Shown in pieces: positions 32,100-40,942 of a stretch of DNA of 64,000 bases. The notes under the pieces are model-generated. The model did not search any database. It was not told the DNA's origin and saw nothing but the letters and a program-made list of their open reading frames with translations. Source of the stretch: an uncultured Elusimicrobiaceae bacterium. Lineage in GTDB: Bacteria; Elusimicrobiota; Elusimicrobia; Elusimicrobiales; UBA9959. The position numbers were made by a program, and so were the translations under genes. The DNA is taken from positions 65,586 to 129,585 of the forward strand of contig CAYPYG010000003.1 of assembly GCA_964415175.1 (NCBI GenBank), written 5' to 3'. Positions within the stretch are counted from its first letter, which is position 1; each line of letters starts with the position of its first letter.

Positions 32100-34283
32100 A
32101 TGAAAAGCACTTATACCGAACAGGTCGGCATGACCAACGCTCTTTCGATAGAGATCTTCATCACCAACCGCTGCAGCATGGACTGTTCCTACTGCTCGTC
32201 GCGGTACATGATACACGAGAAGGACGCCAGGCGCCTGAGCTTCGAGCAGCTCAAGGTCGCCTTCGACGCGCTGGACCGCGATCCCTACATCAAAAAGCAT
32301 TTCGGCGGCAAGGTGCACGTGGACCTGACCGGCGGCGAGCCGCTGATAGAGTACGAGACCATAAAACAGATCGTGGCCTACGTGCGGGCCAACCTGAAGC
32401 TCGAATACGAGTTCGAGCTGGAGACCAACGGCACGCTGCTCACCGAGGAGCGGATAAAGTACCTCATCGACAACAAGATAGAGATACGGCTCAGCCTCGA
32501 CGGCTACAAGGCCCAGAACGACAAGCACCGCCGGTTCCGCAACGCCAGCGACGCCTCCGCCTACGAGGCCATCATCCGCAAGATGAAAATGGGCCTTATC
32601 GGGACCAGGCACATGGACCTGGTCTATGTCGGGGCCATACTGGACGCGGAGGACTTCCAGAACCTGCCCAAGGTGATGGACTATTTCAAGAACGAACTGG
32701 GCTTCAGGCGCATGGAGATAGGTCCGTCGGCCTACGAGCTCTGGGACGAGGCGGCCATCGCCCGTCTCCGCAAGGCCCTGCGCAGCATGACGCCCGAGCT
32801 GATGGCCACGCTGGAGCACCAGATGGGCATCAATAAGCGCGAGTCCGTCTTCCACGAATTCCTCTTCACCCAGTCGAAGACCATCGGCACGGCCTACGAG
32901 GACCTGGCCAAGAAGACCATAACCCTGTTCTACGACGGCTGCTGGTACATGTGCGACTTCGTGGTCAAGCCGCCGCTCGACCCGAAGTTCCGCGTCGGGG
33001 AGCTGAAGAAAGGGATAGATTTCGGCCGCATCCGGACGATAAGCCGCTACCCGATGTTCAAGGAGATCTACTCCAAGTGCGAGCACCGCTCCGGGTTCTT
33101 CTCCCCCGTAGAGGGTTATTACTGGGGAGTGGTCCATAAGTTCACGCCGAAACAGCTCGACGACATGATGTGGAACACCTCCAACATGAACAAGGTCCTG
33201 GGCGAGGAGGTCGGCTGGTACACCAAGCTGCAGAAGACCTATTACGACCTTTACATGAAGCCCGGCTTCGGCGACTTCGGCCACGACCCCAAGCATAAGG
33301 CCGGCAAGGAGATGCGCACGCTCCGCCTGTCGGTCAGCGACTCGTCCGATATCGTCAGGCTGAGGGCCGCGGTGGACTTCTTCCTCTACTCGCCCGGCGA
33401 CCGCAAGCGCCTGGTCATGGACGCCACCGACAACGGCGCGGAGACCGCGCGGATAGTCGAAGGCATGGTCCTCTACTCGCTGGTCAAGACCGGCAAGGGC
33501 TACCTGGACAAGAAGCTCCGCCTGATGCTGGAGACCGACGCGAAGGGTTTCGACGACGACAACTGGCGCTTCCTCGACGACCACGGCGTGCAGGTCGGCA
33601 TCAAGGCGGCCTCCCGCTACAGCGCCGCCACGGCCTACCGCCGCAGCTACCAGATGGACGCCGCCCTGAACACGGTCGACAGCACCTACGCCGTGCCCGG
33701 CGTCACGCGGCGCAACGCGCGGAACCTGCCGACCCTGGTGGAGGCGGCCGTGCGCAACGGCTGCCGCTGGGTGCGGCTGGAACTGTCGGGCCGCGAGGAC
33801 TGGCGCGACGCCGACATCGCGGGGCTGCGCTCCGGGATGGAGAAGCTCGGCCAGGCGCTCGTGGCCGGCATCGCCAAAGGAGAGCCGGTTTACCTGCTTA
33901 ACTTCGAGGAGGCCGAAACCCCCGCCGGCTGCCCCGTCTTCGCCGATTCCTTCCTGGCCGACGGCGGCGGCGACTACAGGCTTGTCCCGCCGCAATGGCG
34001 CTATGACGGCCGCGGCGTGAAGGTCGGCGATTTCGACCGCGGCGTCGGGGAGCTCGCCGGCTGCGCCTGGTCCGCCGCTTCGGGGACCTGCGCGGCCTGC
34101 GCGCGCCGGCCGGCCGCCGCCGGTTACGACGCCTGGGCGGAGCGGGAATTCTCCGCGGGGCTGCGCAGGGCGCTGGAAGGCATCAGATACCTGGCCGCCA
34201 AAAAGAAGCCCTTCGCCGCCTACCTGGAGGCCCTGCGCTCCGACAGGGAGAGGGTCTCGGGGCTGCTCATAAACAAGAAATGA
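32100..34283 (+). CDS. Radical SAM paralog P6 fused to C-terminal Cys4 module
   Basis: SIEIFITNRCSMDCSYCSS; TGGEPLIEY; SLDGYKAQNDKHRRF; GFGDFGHDPKH; FLYSPGDRKRL. Then a ~220-aa extension carries AGCPVF...YRLVPPQWRYDGRGVKVG...GCAWSAASGTCAAC...FAAYLEAL. AAGGAGAGG RBS. Confidence 0.85.
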   Translation: MKSTYTEQVGMTNALSIEIFITNRCSMDCSYCSSRYMIHEKDARRLSFEQLKVAFDALDRDPYIKKHFGGKVHVDLTGGEPLIEYETIKQIVAYVRANLKLEYEFELETNGTLLTEERIKYLIDNKIEIRLSLDGYKAQNDKHRRFRNASDASAYEAIIRKMKMGLIGTRHMDLVYVGAILDAEDFQNLPKVMDYFKNELGFRRMEIGPSAYELWDEAAIARLRKALRSMTPELMATLEHQMGINKRESVFHEFLFTQSKTIGTAYEDLAKKTITLFYDGCWYMCDFVVKPPLDPKFRVGELKKGIDFGRIRTISRYPMFKEIYSKCEHRSGFFSPVEGYYWGVVHKFTPKQLDDMMWNTSNMNKVLGEEVGWYTKLQKTYYDLYMKPGFGDFGHDPKHKAGKEMRTLRLSVSDSSDIVRLRAAVDFFLYSPGDRKRLVMDATDNGAETARIVEGMVLYSLVKTGKGYLDKKLRLMLETDAKGFDDDNWRFLDDHGVQVGIKAASRYSAATAYRRSYQMDAALNTVDSTYAVPGVTRRNARNLPTLVEAAVRNGCRWVRLELSGREDWRDADIAGLRSGMEKLGQALVAGIAKGEPVYLLNFEEAETPAGCPVFADSFLADGGGDYRLVPPQWRYDGRGVKVGDFDRGVGELAGCAWSAASGTCAACARRPAAAGYDAWAEREFSAGLRRALEGIRYLAAKKKPFAAYLEALRSDRERVSGLLINKK

Positions 34284-35845
34284 CGGCCAGGACCCTGTCT
34301 CGCGGCAAAGGCGGCGGGCCCGCCGGCGGAAGCGCCGGCCGGGCCATCGCCCCGACGCTGCTCGAGGTGGAGGTCTATCTTACCAACCGCTGCAACCTCG
34401 CCTGCTCCTACTGTTCCGCCAGGCACATCATACGCGAGCGCGACGTCTCGCGGCTCACCGGCGCGCAGCTCGTGCGGGCGGTCGACCTGCTGGCCGGCGA
34501 CCCCGGGGTGCGCCGGCGCTACGGCGGGCGCGTCAGGCTGACCTTCAAGGGAGGGGAGCCTCTCCTGGAGTACGGCGCGATGAAGGCGGCGATAGACCGC
34601 GTCAGGGAGCGCCGCCTCGGCTTCGAGCTGGCGCTGACCACCAACGGCACGCTGCTGACCCCGGAGCGGATGGACTACCTGGCGGCGAACGGCGTGGAGG
34701 TCTGCGTCAGCATAGACGGCTACAAGGAGGTCAACGACCTCCACCGCAAGTTCAAAGGGGCGGGCGGGCGTTCCGTCTACGACGCGGTGATGGGGAACCT
34801 GCGGCGGCTGATGGGGGACGAACGCTACCGCCGGCGCATACACATAGGGACCACTTTCACCGCCGACACCATCGCCAGCGCGCCGGAAGTGGCCGAGTTC
34901 TTCAGCCGCCGCCTCGGCTTCCGCCAGCTCAAGATAGGCATAGAGGTCTACGGGATCTGGGGACGGGCCGGCATCGCCGCGCTCCGCCGGGCTTTGCGGG
35001 CTTTCAAGTCGAGGTTCCTCGCTTCCCTGCCCGCGGCGGCGGCCGCCGGCCGCGTGGAGGAGCTCCTCTCCGAGATACAGTTCTCCCAGTACATGCGCAA
35101 CCTGCCCAATGTGTGGGACGGGGAGGCCCCGCTCAACGAGCTGGCCGCCAATCCCCTCGCCCTTTTCTACGACGGCGCCTTCTATCCCTGCGACCTGGCC
35201 CTGAAACCGCCCCTGGAGGCCGGGTACCGCGTGGGCGACCTCCGCAGCGGCCTCGATCTCCGGCGCTTCGACGAGATATGCGCCCTGCCGCGCTTCGCCG
35301 GGCTGTCCCGGAAATGCGCCCATCCTTCCGGCCTGCTCTCCCCCGTCGAGCGCTGCTGCTGGGGGATAGTCAACGGCTACGGCCCCGCCAGGCTGGCGCG
35401 CCTGCTGGAGAACACCTCCGAGGTCAACGAGGTATTCGGGCGGGAGATGGGCCCGTATGCCAGGATGCAGAGGGTCTGCGAACAGCTTTTCATGACGCCG
35501 GGCTTCGGCGATTTCGCGCATGAGCCGAAGTACCGCGCCCCGCGCGAAGTCCGCTCGCTGCGGGTCCGGGCCGCGCCGGGCGGGGATATCGTGCGGCTCC
35601 GGGCGGCCGCCGACTACGCGCTCTGCTCCCCGGGTCCGCGCAAGAAGCTCGTTATAGAGACGCCCCGCGGCGGCGGGGCGCTGGACCTCGCCGAGGCCCT
35701 CTCGCTGTACGCCGCGGTGAAGGCCCGGTGCCTCGGCAAGAGGCTGCTGCTCGCGGTGCGCTCCCCGGCGGGCGCCGCCGACGCCGCGAGAAAAAGGTCC
35801 TTCGCGGAGCTGGGCGTGCGGCTGGAGGAAACATGGGGGGAGTGA
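34280..35845 (+). CDS. Radical SAM paralog P7
   Basis: LLEVEVYLTNRCNLACSYCSA; KGGEPLLEY; SIDGYKEVNDLHRKF; GFGDFAHEPKY; VKARCLGKRLLL. ATGA overlap at 34280-34283. Confidence 0.85.
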   Translation: MTARTLSRGKGGGPAGGSAGRAIAPTLLEVEVYLTNRCNLACSYCSARHIIRERDVSRLTGAQLVRAVDLLAGDPGVRRRYGGRVRLTFKGGEPLLEYGAMKAAIDRVRERRLGFELALTTNGTLLTPERMDYLAANGVEVCVSIDGYKEVNDLHRKFKGAGGRSVYDAVMGNLRRLMGDERYRRRIHIGTTFTADTIASAPEVAEFFSRRLGFRQLKIGIEVYGIWGRAGIAALRRALRAFKSRFLASLPAAAAAGRVEELLSEIQFSQYMRNLPNVWDGEAPLNELAANPLALFYDGAFYPCDLALKPPLEAGYRVGDLRSGLDLRRFDEICALPRFAGLSRKCAHPSGLLSPVERCCWGIVNGYGPARLARLLENTSEVNEVFGREMGPYARMQRVCEQLFMTPGFGDFAHEPKYRAPREVRSLRVRAAPGGDIVRLRAAADYALCSPGPRKKLVIETPRGGGALDLAEALSLYAAVKARCLGKRLLLAVRSPAGAADAARKRSFAELGVRLEETWGE

Positions 35846-37251
35846 AGCGCCCCGCCGGGCCGGAGCCGTTCCTGGTCGAAATATTCCTGACCGGCCGCTG
35901 CAACATGGACTGTACCTACTGCGCGGCGCGTTACATGATCCATGCGAAGGAGCCCGGCCTGCTGACTTTCGAACAGCTGAAGCGGGCGGCGGAAGTGATA
36001 GCCGCCGACCGCGTGGTGAGGCGGAAGCACGGGGGGAGGGTCAGGATCTCCTTCACCGGCGGCGAGCCGATGCTCGAGTTCGCTCTTATCGAGAAGGCGG
36101 TGCGCCATATGCGGGCGCGGTACCCGGACTGGGAATTCGACGTCTCCACCAACGGCACGCTCCTGACACCGGAGAGGCTCGAGTTCTTCCTGCGCAACGA
36201 CGTGGGGCTCAGCGTCAGCCTGGACGGTTTCGGCCGCGTCAACGATTCCCACCGCCGCTTCGTCTCGGGAAAGGCTTCCGCTTTCGGCGTGGTCGAGCGG
36301 AGCCTGCGCGCCGGCCTGGACGATCCGCGCTACCGCGACCTGTTCCACGTCGCCGCGACGCTGACCTCCCGCACCATCGGGGACCTGCCCGGCGTCGTGA
36401 GTTTCTTCAGGGAACGGACGGGGCTCAGGGAGCTCGAGATAGCGCTGGAGGCCTACGAGGACTGGGGACCGCCGGCGCGCGCCGGGCTGCGCCGCGTCCT
36501 GCGCGGGCTGGGGAGGAGATGCGCGGCGGCCCTGGAGCGCGGCGAAGGGGCCGAGGAGGCTTTCAGGGAATTCATCTTCACGCAGGCGAAGGGGGCCGAG
36601 GGACGGGAACTGACCCAAAAAGCGCTGACGCTCTTTTACGACGGCCGTTTCTACCCGTGCGACTTCGTGGTCAAGCCGCCGCTGGAGGAGGAATACTGCG
36701 TGGGGGACCTGGAGCGGGGACTGGACCACGGCCGCCTGGAAGCCCTGGAGCGGCTGCCTCTTTTCAGGGAGATAGAGAGGAAATGCGAGTTCAAGTCCGG
36801 CCTGCTCTCCCCCGTCGAGCGCTACTACTGGGGGATGGTGCACGGCTATTCGAGGGCCGGACTGGACGCCGTCCTTCTCAATACTTCCGAGGTCAACAGA
36901 ATCTTCCACGAGGAACTGGGACCTTACCTGCGCCTCCAGCGCGCCTACGCCAGGCTGTTCATGTCCCCCGGCTTCGGCGATTTCGTCCACGCCCCTAAAT
37001 TCGCCGGGAGCTCCGCCGCCGGCCTGCTCCGGCTGGCCGTTCCGGCCGGAGCCCCGCCCGCGCGGCTGCGGGCCGCGGCCGACTGGCAGCTCCACTCTCC
37101 CGGCGCCGGCGCGCTCAGGCTGGCCGCGGCGGACGGCCGTCCGGCGCGGGCCGCCGCCGGGGACATCGCTTTCTACGCCATGGTCAAATCGCGCATGCTG
37201 GGGAAGAGGTCGCGCGTGGAGCTGGAAGCGGACGGCGGGGGGCGGGCATGA
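35833..37251 (+). CDS. Radical SAM paralog P8
   Basis: Start at ATG 35833 (MGGVKRPAGPEPFLVEIFLTGRCNMDCTYCAA), a 13-nt overlap with P7. TGGEPMLEF; SLDGFGRVNDSHRRF; GFGDFVHAPKF; VKSRMLGKRSRV. Confidence 0.85.
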   Translation: MGGVKRPAGPEPFLVEIFLTGRCNMDCTYCAARYMIHAKEPGLLTFEQLKRAAEVIAADRVVRRKHGGRVRISFTGGEPMLEFALIEKAVRHMRARYPDWEFDVSTNGTLLTPERLEFFLRNDVGLSVSLDGFGRVNDSHRRFVSGKASAFGVVERSLRAGLDDPRYRDLFHVAATLTSRTIGDLPGVVSFFRERTGLRELEIALEAYEDWGPPARAGLRRVLRGLGRRCAAALERGEGAEEAFREFIFTQAKGAEGRELTQKALTLFYDGRFYPCDFVVKPPLEEEYCVGDLERGLDHGRLEALERLPLFREIERKCEFKSGLLSPVERYYWGMVHGYSRAGLDAVLLNTSEVNRIFHEELGPYLRLQRAYARLFMSPGFGDFVHAPKFAGSSAAGLLRLAVPAGAPPARLRAAADWQLHSPGAGALRLAAADGRPARAAAGDIAFYAMVKSRMLGKRSRVELEADGGGRA

Positions 37252-38648
37252 TAGTCAACCCTCTGCGCGCCGACCACCGCCCGCGGGAGGAGTTCCTGCT
37301 CGAGGTCTTCCTTACCAACCGCTGCAACCTGGACTGCTCGTACTGCTCCTCGCGGCGGATGATAGACGAGCCGGCGCGGCGCGCCCTTTCTTTCGGGCAG
37401 GTGCGGCGCGCGGTGGACGTCTTCGCCGCCTACGGGCGCCGCCGCGGCGCGCGCCAGGAGCGCACCGTCTTTTTCACCGGCGGCGAGCCTTTCCTGGAAT
37501 ACGACGTTCTCCGGCGCTCCGTGGAGTACATCGACTCCCTGCCGGGCGGGTTCCGCGTCAGGATAGCCACCAACGCGACGATGCTGGACCCGGCGAGGGT
37601 GAAGTTCCTGCTGGACCATGACGTCCGGATATTCGTCAGTCTCGACGGCTGCCGGAAAGCGCACGACCGCCACCGGGTCTCCCGCGGCGGCCGCGGCTCC
37701 TTCACGGAGATAGACCGGGCGTTGCGCCGGCTGCCGCGCTCCGTGCGCGGCGGGCCCAATTTCTGCGTTTCCGCCACCTTCACCTCCGAGACCGCGAAGT
37801 GGCTTCCCGAGAGCCTGGATTACTTCCGGGACCTGGGCATAAGAGTGGTCGAGATCTGCCCCGAGGCCTACGAGGTCTGGCGGCCGGCGGACATAGCCCG
37901 CGCGGCCGCGGTGCTGGCCCGCGTGGCGAGGGAGCGCCTCTACCGCCGCTTCGAAGGGGAGGCCGGCGGGCCGCAGTTCGTGTTCTCCAATAGTTCGGCC
38001 CCCGACAACTCGAAATGGGCCGTCGCCGACTACAGGGATACCCTGCTGCACAGCGTCAGTTTCATGTACGACGGCTTTTTCTATCCCTGCGAGGCGGTCT
38101 TCGGCGGCGGGACGGAGGCCGCCTACCGCATCGGCGACGCGGAGCGCGGCATAGACCGGCGGCGGGCGGAGAAAGTGTACGCGGCCGCGCTCGCGCGCAT
38201 ACGCCGCTGCGCCCCCTCGGTCGGCACGCTGCTGACGGCAGGGCGCTATTATTACGCCGTGAACGCCGGGCTCGACCCGGCGGAATATTTCGACAACGCC
38301 CGCCGGGTTAACGAGGCCTTCGACTCGGCGTTGGGAGGCTGCCTGCGCGCCCAGCTGCTGCATGACCGCGTCACGGCGCTGCCCGATTTCGGCGATTTCG
38401 CTCACGCTCCCCGCCTCGCCTCCCGGCGGGAGCTCCCCGCCCTAAGGCTGGAAGCTGCGCCCGGCTCCGACCCGGCCCGCCTGCGGGCCTGCGTCGACCA
38501 TTTCCTGTACTCTCCCGGCGCGCGAAAGGCGCTGGCCATCCGCCGCGCCGCCGGCGCGGAGGAAGTATCCTCGGCCCTGGCGCTGTACGCCCTTTCCAAG
38601 GCGGGCCGCCTGCGCAAAAGACTTTCCGTCAGGACGGAGGCGGCGTGA
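37248..38648 (+). CDS. Radical SAM paralog P9
   Basis: FLLEVFLTNRCNLDCSYCSS; TGGEPFLEY; SLDGCRKAHDRHRVS; DFGDFAHAPRL; FLYSPGARKAL. ATGA overlap at 37248-37251. Confidence 0.85.
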   Translation: MIVNPLRADHRPREEFLLEVFLTNRCNLDCSYCSSRRMIDEPARRALSFGQVRRAVDVFAAYGRRRGARQERTVFFTGGEPFLEYDVLRRSVEYIDSLPGGFRVRIATNATMLDPARVKFLLDHDVRIFVSLDGCRKAHDRHRVSRGGRGSFTEIDRALRRLPRSVRGGPNFCVSATFTSETAKWLPESLDYFRDLGIRVVEICPEAYEVWRPADIARAAAVLARVARERLYRRFEGEAGGPQFVFSNSSAPDNSKWAVADYRDTLLHSVSFMYDGFFYPCEAVFGGGTEAAYRIGDAERGIDRRRAEKVYAAALARIRRCAPSVGTLLTAGRYYYAVNAGLDPAEYFDNARRVNEAFDSALGGCLRAQLLHDRVTALPDFGDFAHAPRLASRRELPALRLEAAPGSDPARLRACVDHFLYSPGARKALAIRRAAGAEEVSSALALYALSKAGRLRKRLSVRTEAA

Positions 38649-40942
38649 AGGATGCCGCCGTCAGACCGCCGGAGCGGGAGGTCGAGGTCCACGGGCCTTC
38701 GCTGACCCCGGCGAAGGCCGCCCCGCTGCTGCGTACGGGCGCCGAGGTCTGGGCCGTTTTCGAAGGCGCGGCCGGCGCGCGCGCTACGGCGGCCGCGCTC
38801 GCCGCCCTTCCCCCGGACCTGCTCCGGCGGGTATGCGTGTCCGGCGTTTTCGGCCCCGCCGACGCCGGCTCGCTGCTGCGCTCCGCCCGGCTCTTCCGCA
38901 AGACGGACATAAAAGAACTGGTCTTCGAACTGGACGCGCGCGCCGCGTGGAGGGGAAAGGGGCTGGCGCGGCTGCGCGCGGAGCTGAAGCGGATAGCCCT
39001 GGACTTCGCCCGCGAACTGCGGTCGGGTTCGTTCCCGTGGCCGCAGCCGAGCCGCCTCTACGGCATCGACCTGGCCGGAGGTTCCTTCGCCCCGCCCGGC
39101 GCAGCCGCCGCGGTAAGGAAGGAGATCGGGCCTTTCGCCGCCATAGAGAGGAAGCTCCGCCGCCTGGCCGCCGGGGACGCGGCCGGGGCCCTGGAATTCT
39201 TCCAGCCCCTCACGGCCCGCGGCTTCCGCGGCCGTATCGGGCGCAAGGCGGAGACTCTCAGGCGGCTGGCCGCGTCCGGCAGGGCCGTGCCGCCGTCCTA
39301 CGTGCTTTCGGCGGGAACGCTGCGGCGCCTGTCGCCGGCGCTCGGCGCGGACCGGCGGGGGCCGTCCCCGCGCGGCGCCGGCCTCCGGTTCCTGGCCGAA
39401 CTGCGCGGGCTTTTCCCGGCGGGCCGCCGCTTCATCGTCAGGAGTTCCTCCGCCGAAGAGGACGGGCCGGGCGCTTCCTTCGCCGGGGTCTTCCGCTCGG
39501 AAGTGGTCGCTTCGCCGGGCGCCGCTCCCGCCGCGATACGGCGCTGCCTGGTCTCCGGGCGGGACGCGGGAGCGGCCGCCTACAGGCGTCTCGCCGGCCG
39601 CGGCCGGCGGCCCGCCGGAGGCATGGCGCTGCTGTTCCAGCCTTTCGTAGAGACCGGGCTCGGGGGCGTCGCCGTCTTCGACGGGCAGGGCCGGGCCGTC
39701 ATGGAACTTTCCCGCGGCGGCAACGACGGCATAACGGGCGGCCGTTCCGCCGACTGGCGTTATACTCTCGACGCGCGCGCCCGCCGCCTGGACTGCCCGC
39801 CGCGCTCCCCGCTGTCCCGTTCCGCGGCCGCGCGGCTGCTCTCGGCGCTGGCCTCCGCGAAGAGCGCTCTGTTCCCGTCGGGCGCCGCCTCGTTCGAATT
39901 CCTGGCCGGGGAAGGAGAACCCCTTTTCCTGCAGGCGCGCCCCCTGCCGCGCGCGCCCGAAGAGCCGCGCGCGGACATGCCGGCCGTCTACGCGCGCATA
40001 GCGGCGGCCATGGCCGGCCTCGGCCTCGGGCCGCGCGGCTGGAGCCTGGCCGAGACGGCGGACGTGGCGGCCTTCAATTTCCTCGGCCTCGCGCGGCCGG
40101 CGGGAGAACGCCTGGAACATTTCCGCGTCAGGATAAGCCGCGCGGCCAGGGAGAAGATCTCCCCGCGCGGCTGGGTCAGCGTCAAGTACGACGACGACGA
40201 CGACACTCTTTTTCCCTCCGGGCTCCCGCCGCTCCGCCGCGCCGCGCTGGAACGCCTGGCCGAAGAGGGGATATTCGTCATTTTCGTGCTGCCGAAAGAA
40301 GGCGAGACGGTCCTGCGGAGGACGCTCTCTTTCCCCGCGCCGGGCGGCCGGCTGCGCGTCCCGTTCTCCTATTCCCCCGAAGGGCTGGAGAAGGAGGAGG
40401 AACGCGACCTGCTCCGGCGCGGCCCGGCGGAGGCGGCCGCCTGGCTGAGGCGCCTGGCCCGCGAACGGGAGATCTGGCTGGGCGTGCGCCGCGTCGTCCG
40501 GGCCGGAAAGACCGGGGCCTACGGCCGGGCGCTGGCCCGCTTCCTCCCGGGGGAACTGGCGCTCATAGCGCGCAAGGAGCGGCTGGCGCGCCGCGCGGCC
40601 GCGCGCGCTCCCGGGGACGGCGCCGCGGTAAAAGGGCTGCCTTTCCGCCCGTCCGACGCGGTAGTCTCCGGCGTGGCCGTGACGGCCGCCCGGGCCGCCG
40701 CCTGGAAAGGCGGACCCTTCGTCTATTTCGGCCACGACCTGGAGCCCTGTTTCCTGCCGCTGATGGGCCGCATAAAGGCGGTCGTCGTCTCGCGGGGGGC
40801 CTTCGGTTCCCACGCGGCGCAGATCTGCTCGGAACTCGGCGTCCCGCTGATACTCGAAACGTCCAACCTGGGCCTGGTCAGGGACGGCGACCGGGTCGCG
40901 CTGGACCTGCGCACCGGGGAAGTGAGGAGGAAGCCGGAATGA
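38645..40942 (+). CDS. PEP-utilising-enzyme-like phosphotransferase (ATP-grasp PPDK_N-type domain + C-terminal swivel-His domain, no TIM-barrel domain)
   Basis: GTG start with GTGA overlap at 38645-38648. The central region has RIGRKAETLRRLAASGRAVPPSYVL and FIVRSSSAEEDGPGASFAGVF (PpsA/PPDK nucleotide-binding domain). The C-terminal end has VVVSRGAFGSHAAQICSELGVPLIL (phospho-His mobile domain). The N-terminal ~190 aa are unassigned. Confidence 0.75.
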   Translation: MKDAAVRPPEREVEVHGPSLTPAKAAPLLRTGAEVWAVFEGAAGARATAAALAALPPDLLRRVCVSGVFGPADAGSLLRSARLFRKTDIKELVFELDARAAWRGKGLARLRAELKRIALDFARELRSGSFPWPQPSRLYGIDLAGGSFAPPGAAAAVRKEIGPFAAIERKLRRLAAGDAAGALEFFQPLTARGFRGRIGRKAETLRRLAASGRAVPPSYVLSAGTLRRLSPALGADRRGPSPRGAGLRFLAELRGLFPAGRRFIVRSSSAEEDGPGASFAGVFRSEVVASPGAAPAAIRRCLVSGRDAGAAAYRRLAGRGRRPAGGMALLFQPFVETGLGGVAVFDGQGRAVMELSRGGNDGITGGRSADWRYTLDARARRLDCPPRSPLSRSAAARLLSALASAKSALFPSGAASFEFLAGEGEPLFLQARPLPRAPEEPRADMPAVYARIAAAMAGLGLGPRGWSLAETADVAAFNFLGLARPAGERLEHFRVRISRAAREKISPRGWVSVKYDDDDDTLFPSGLPPLRRAALERLAEEGIFVIFVLPKEGETVLRRTLSFPAPGGRLRVPFSYSPEGLEKEEERDLLRRGPAEAAAWLRRLAREREIWLGVRRVVRAGKTGAYGRALARFLPGELALIARKERLARRAAARAPGDGAAVKGLPFRPSDAVVSGVAVTAARAAAWKGGPFVYFGHDLEPCFLPLMGRIKAVVVSRGAFGSHAAQICSELGVPLILETSNLGLVRDGDRVALDLRTGEVRRKPE

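Noticed and set aside
31836-33995. 719-aa minus-strand ORF antisense to P6. Comparable long antisense ORFs lie at 41153-43252, 50074-51846, 53410-55119 (+), 61547-63700, 9096-10715 and 10519-11802.
   Set aside because: They overlap well-supported genes on the other strand (P6, P10 and the module, HemN-like, SpoIID, pilin-like, carbamate kinase, ThrC-like). They lack any recognisable domain signature.
38402-40813. 803-aa minus-strand ORF antisense to P9 and the PEP-utilising gene
   Set aside because: The translation is low-complexity and Arg/Gly/Pro/Ala-rich with no recognisable motifs. It fully overlaps plus-strand genes that carry clear family motifs. This is a typical stop-codon-poor shadow ORF of GC-rich DNA.
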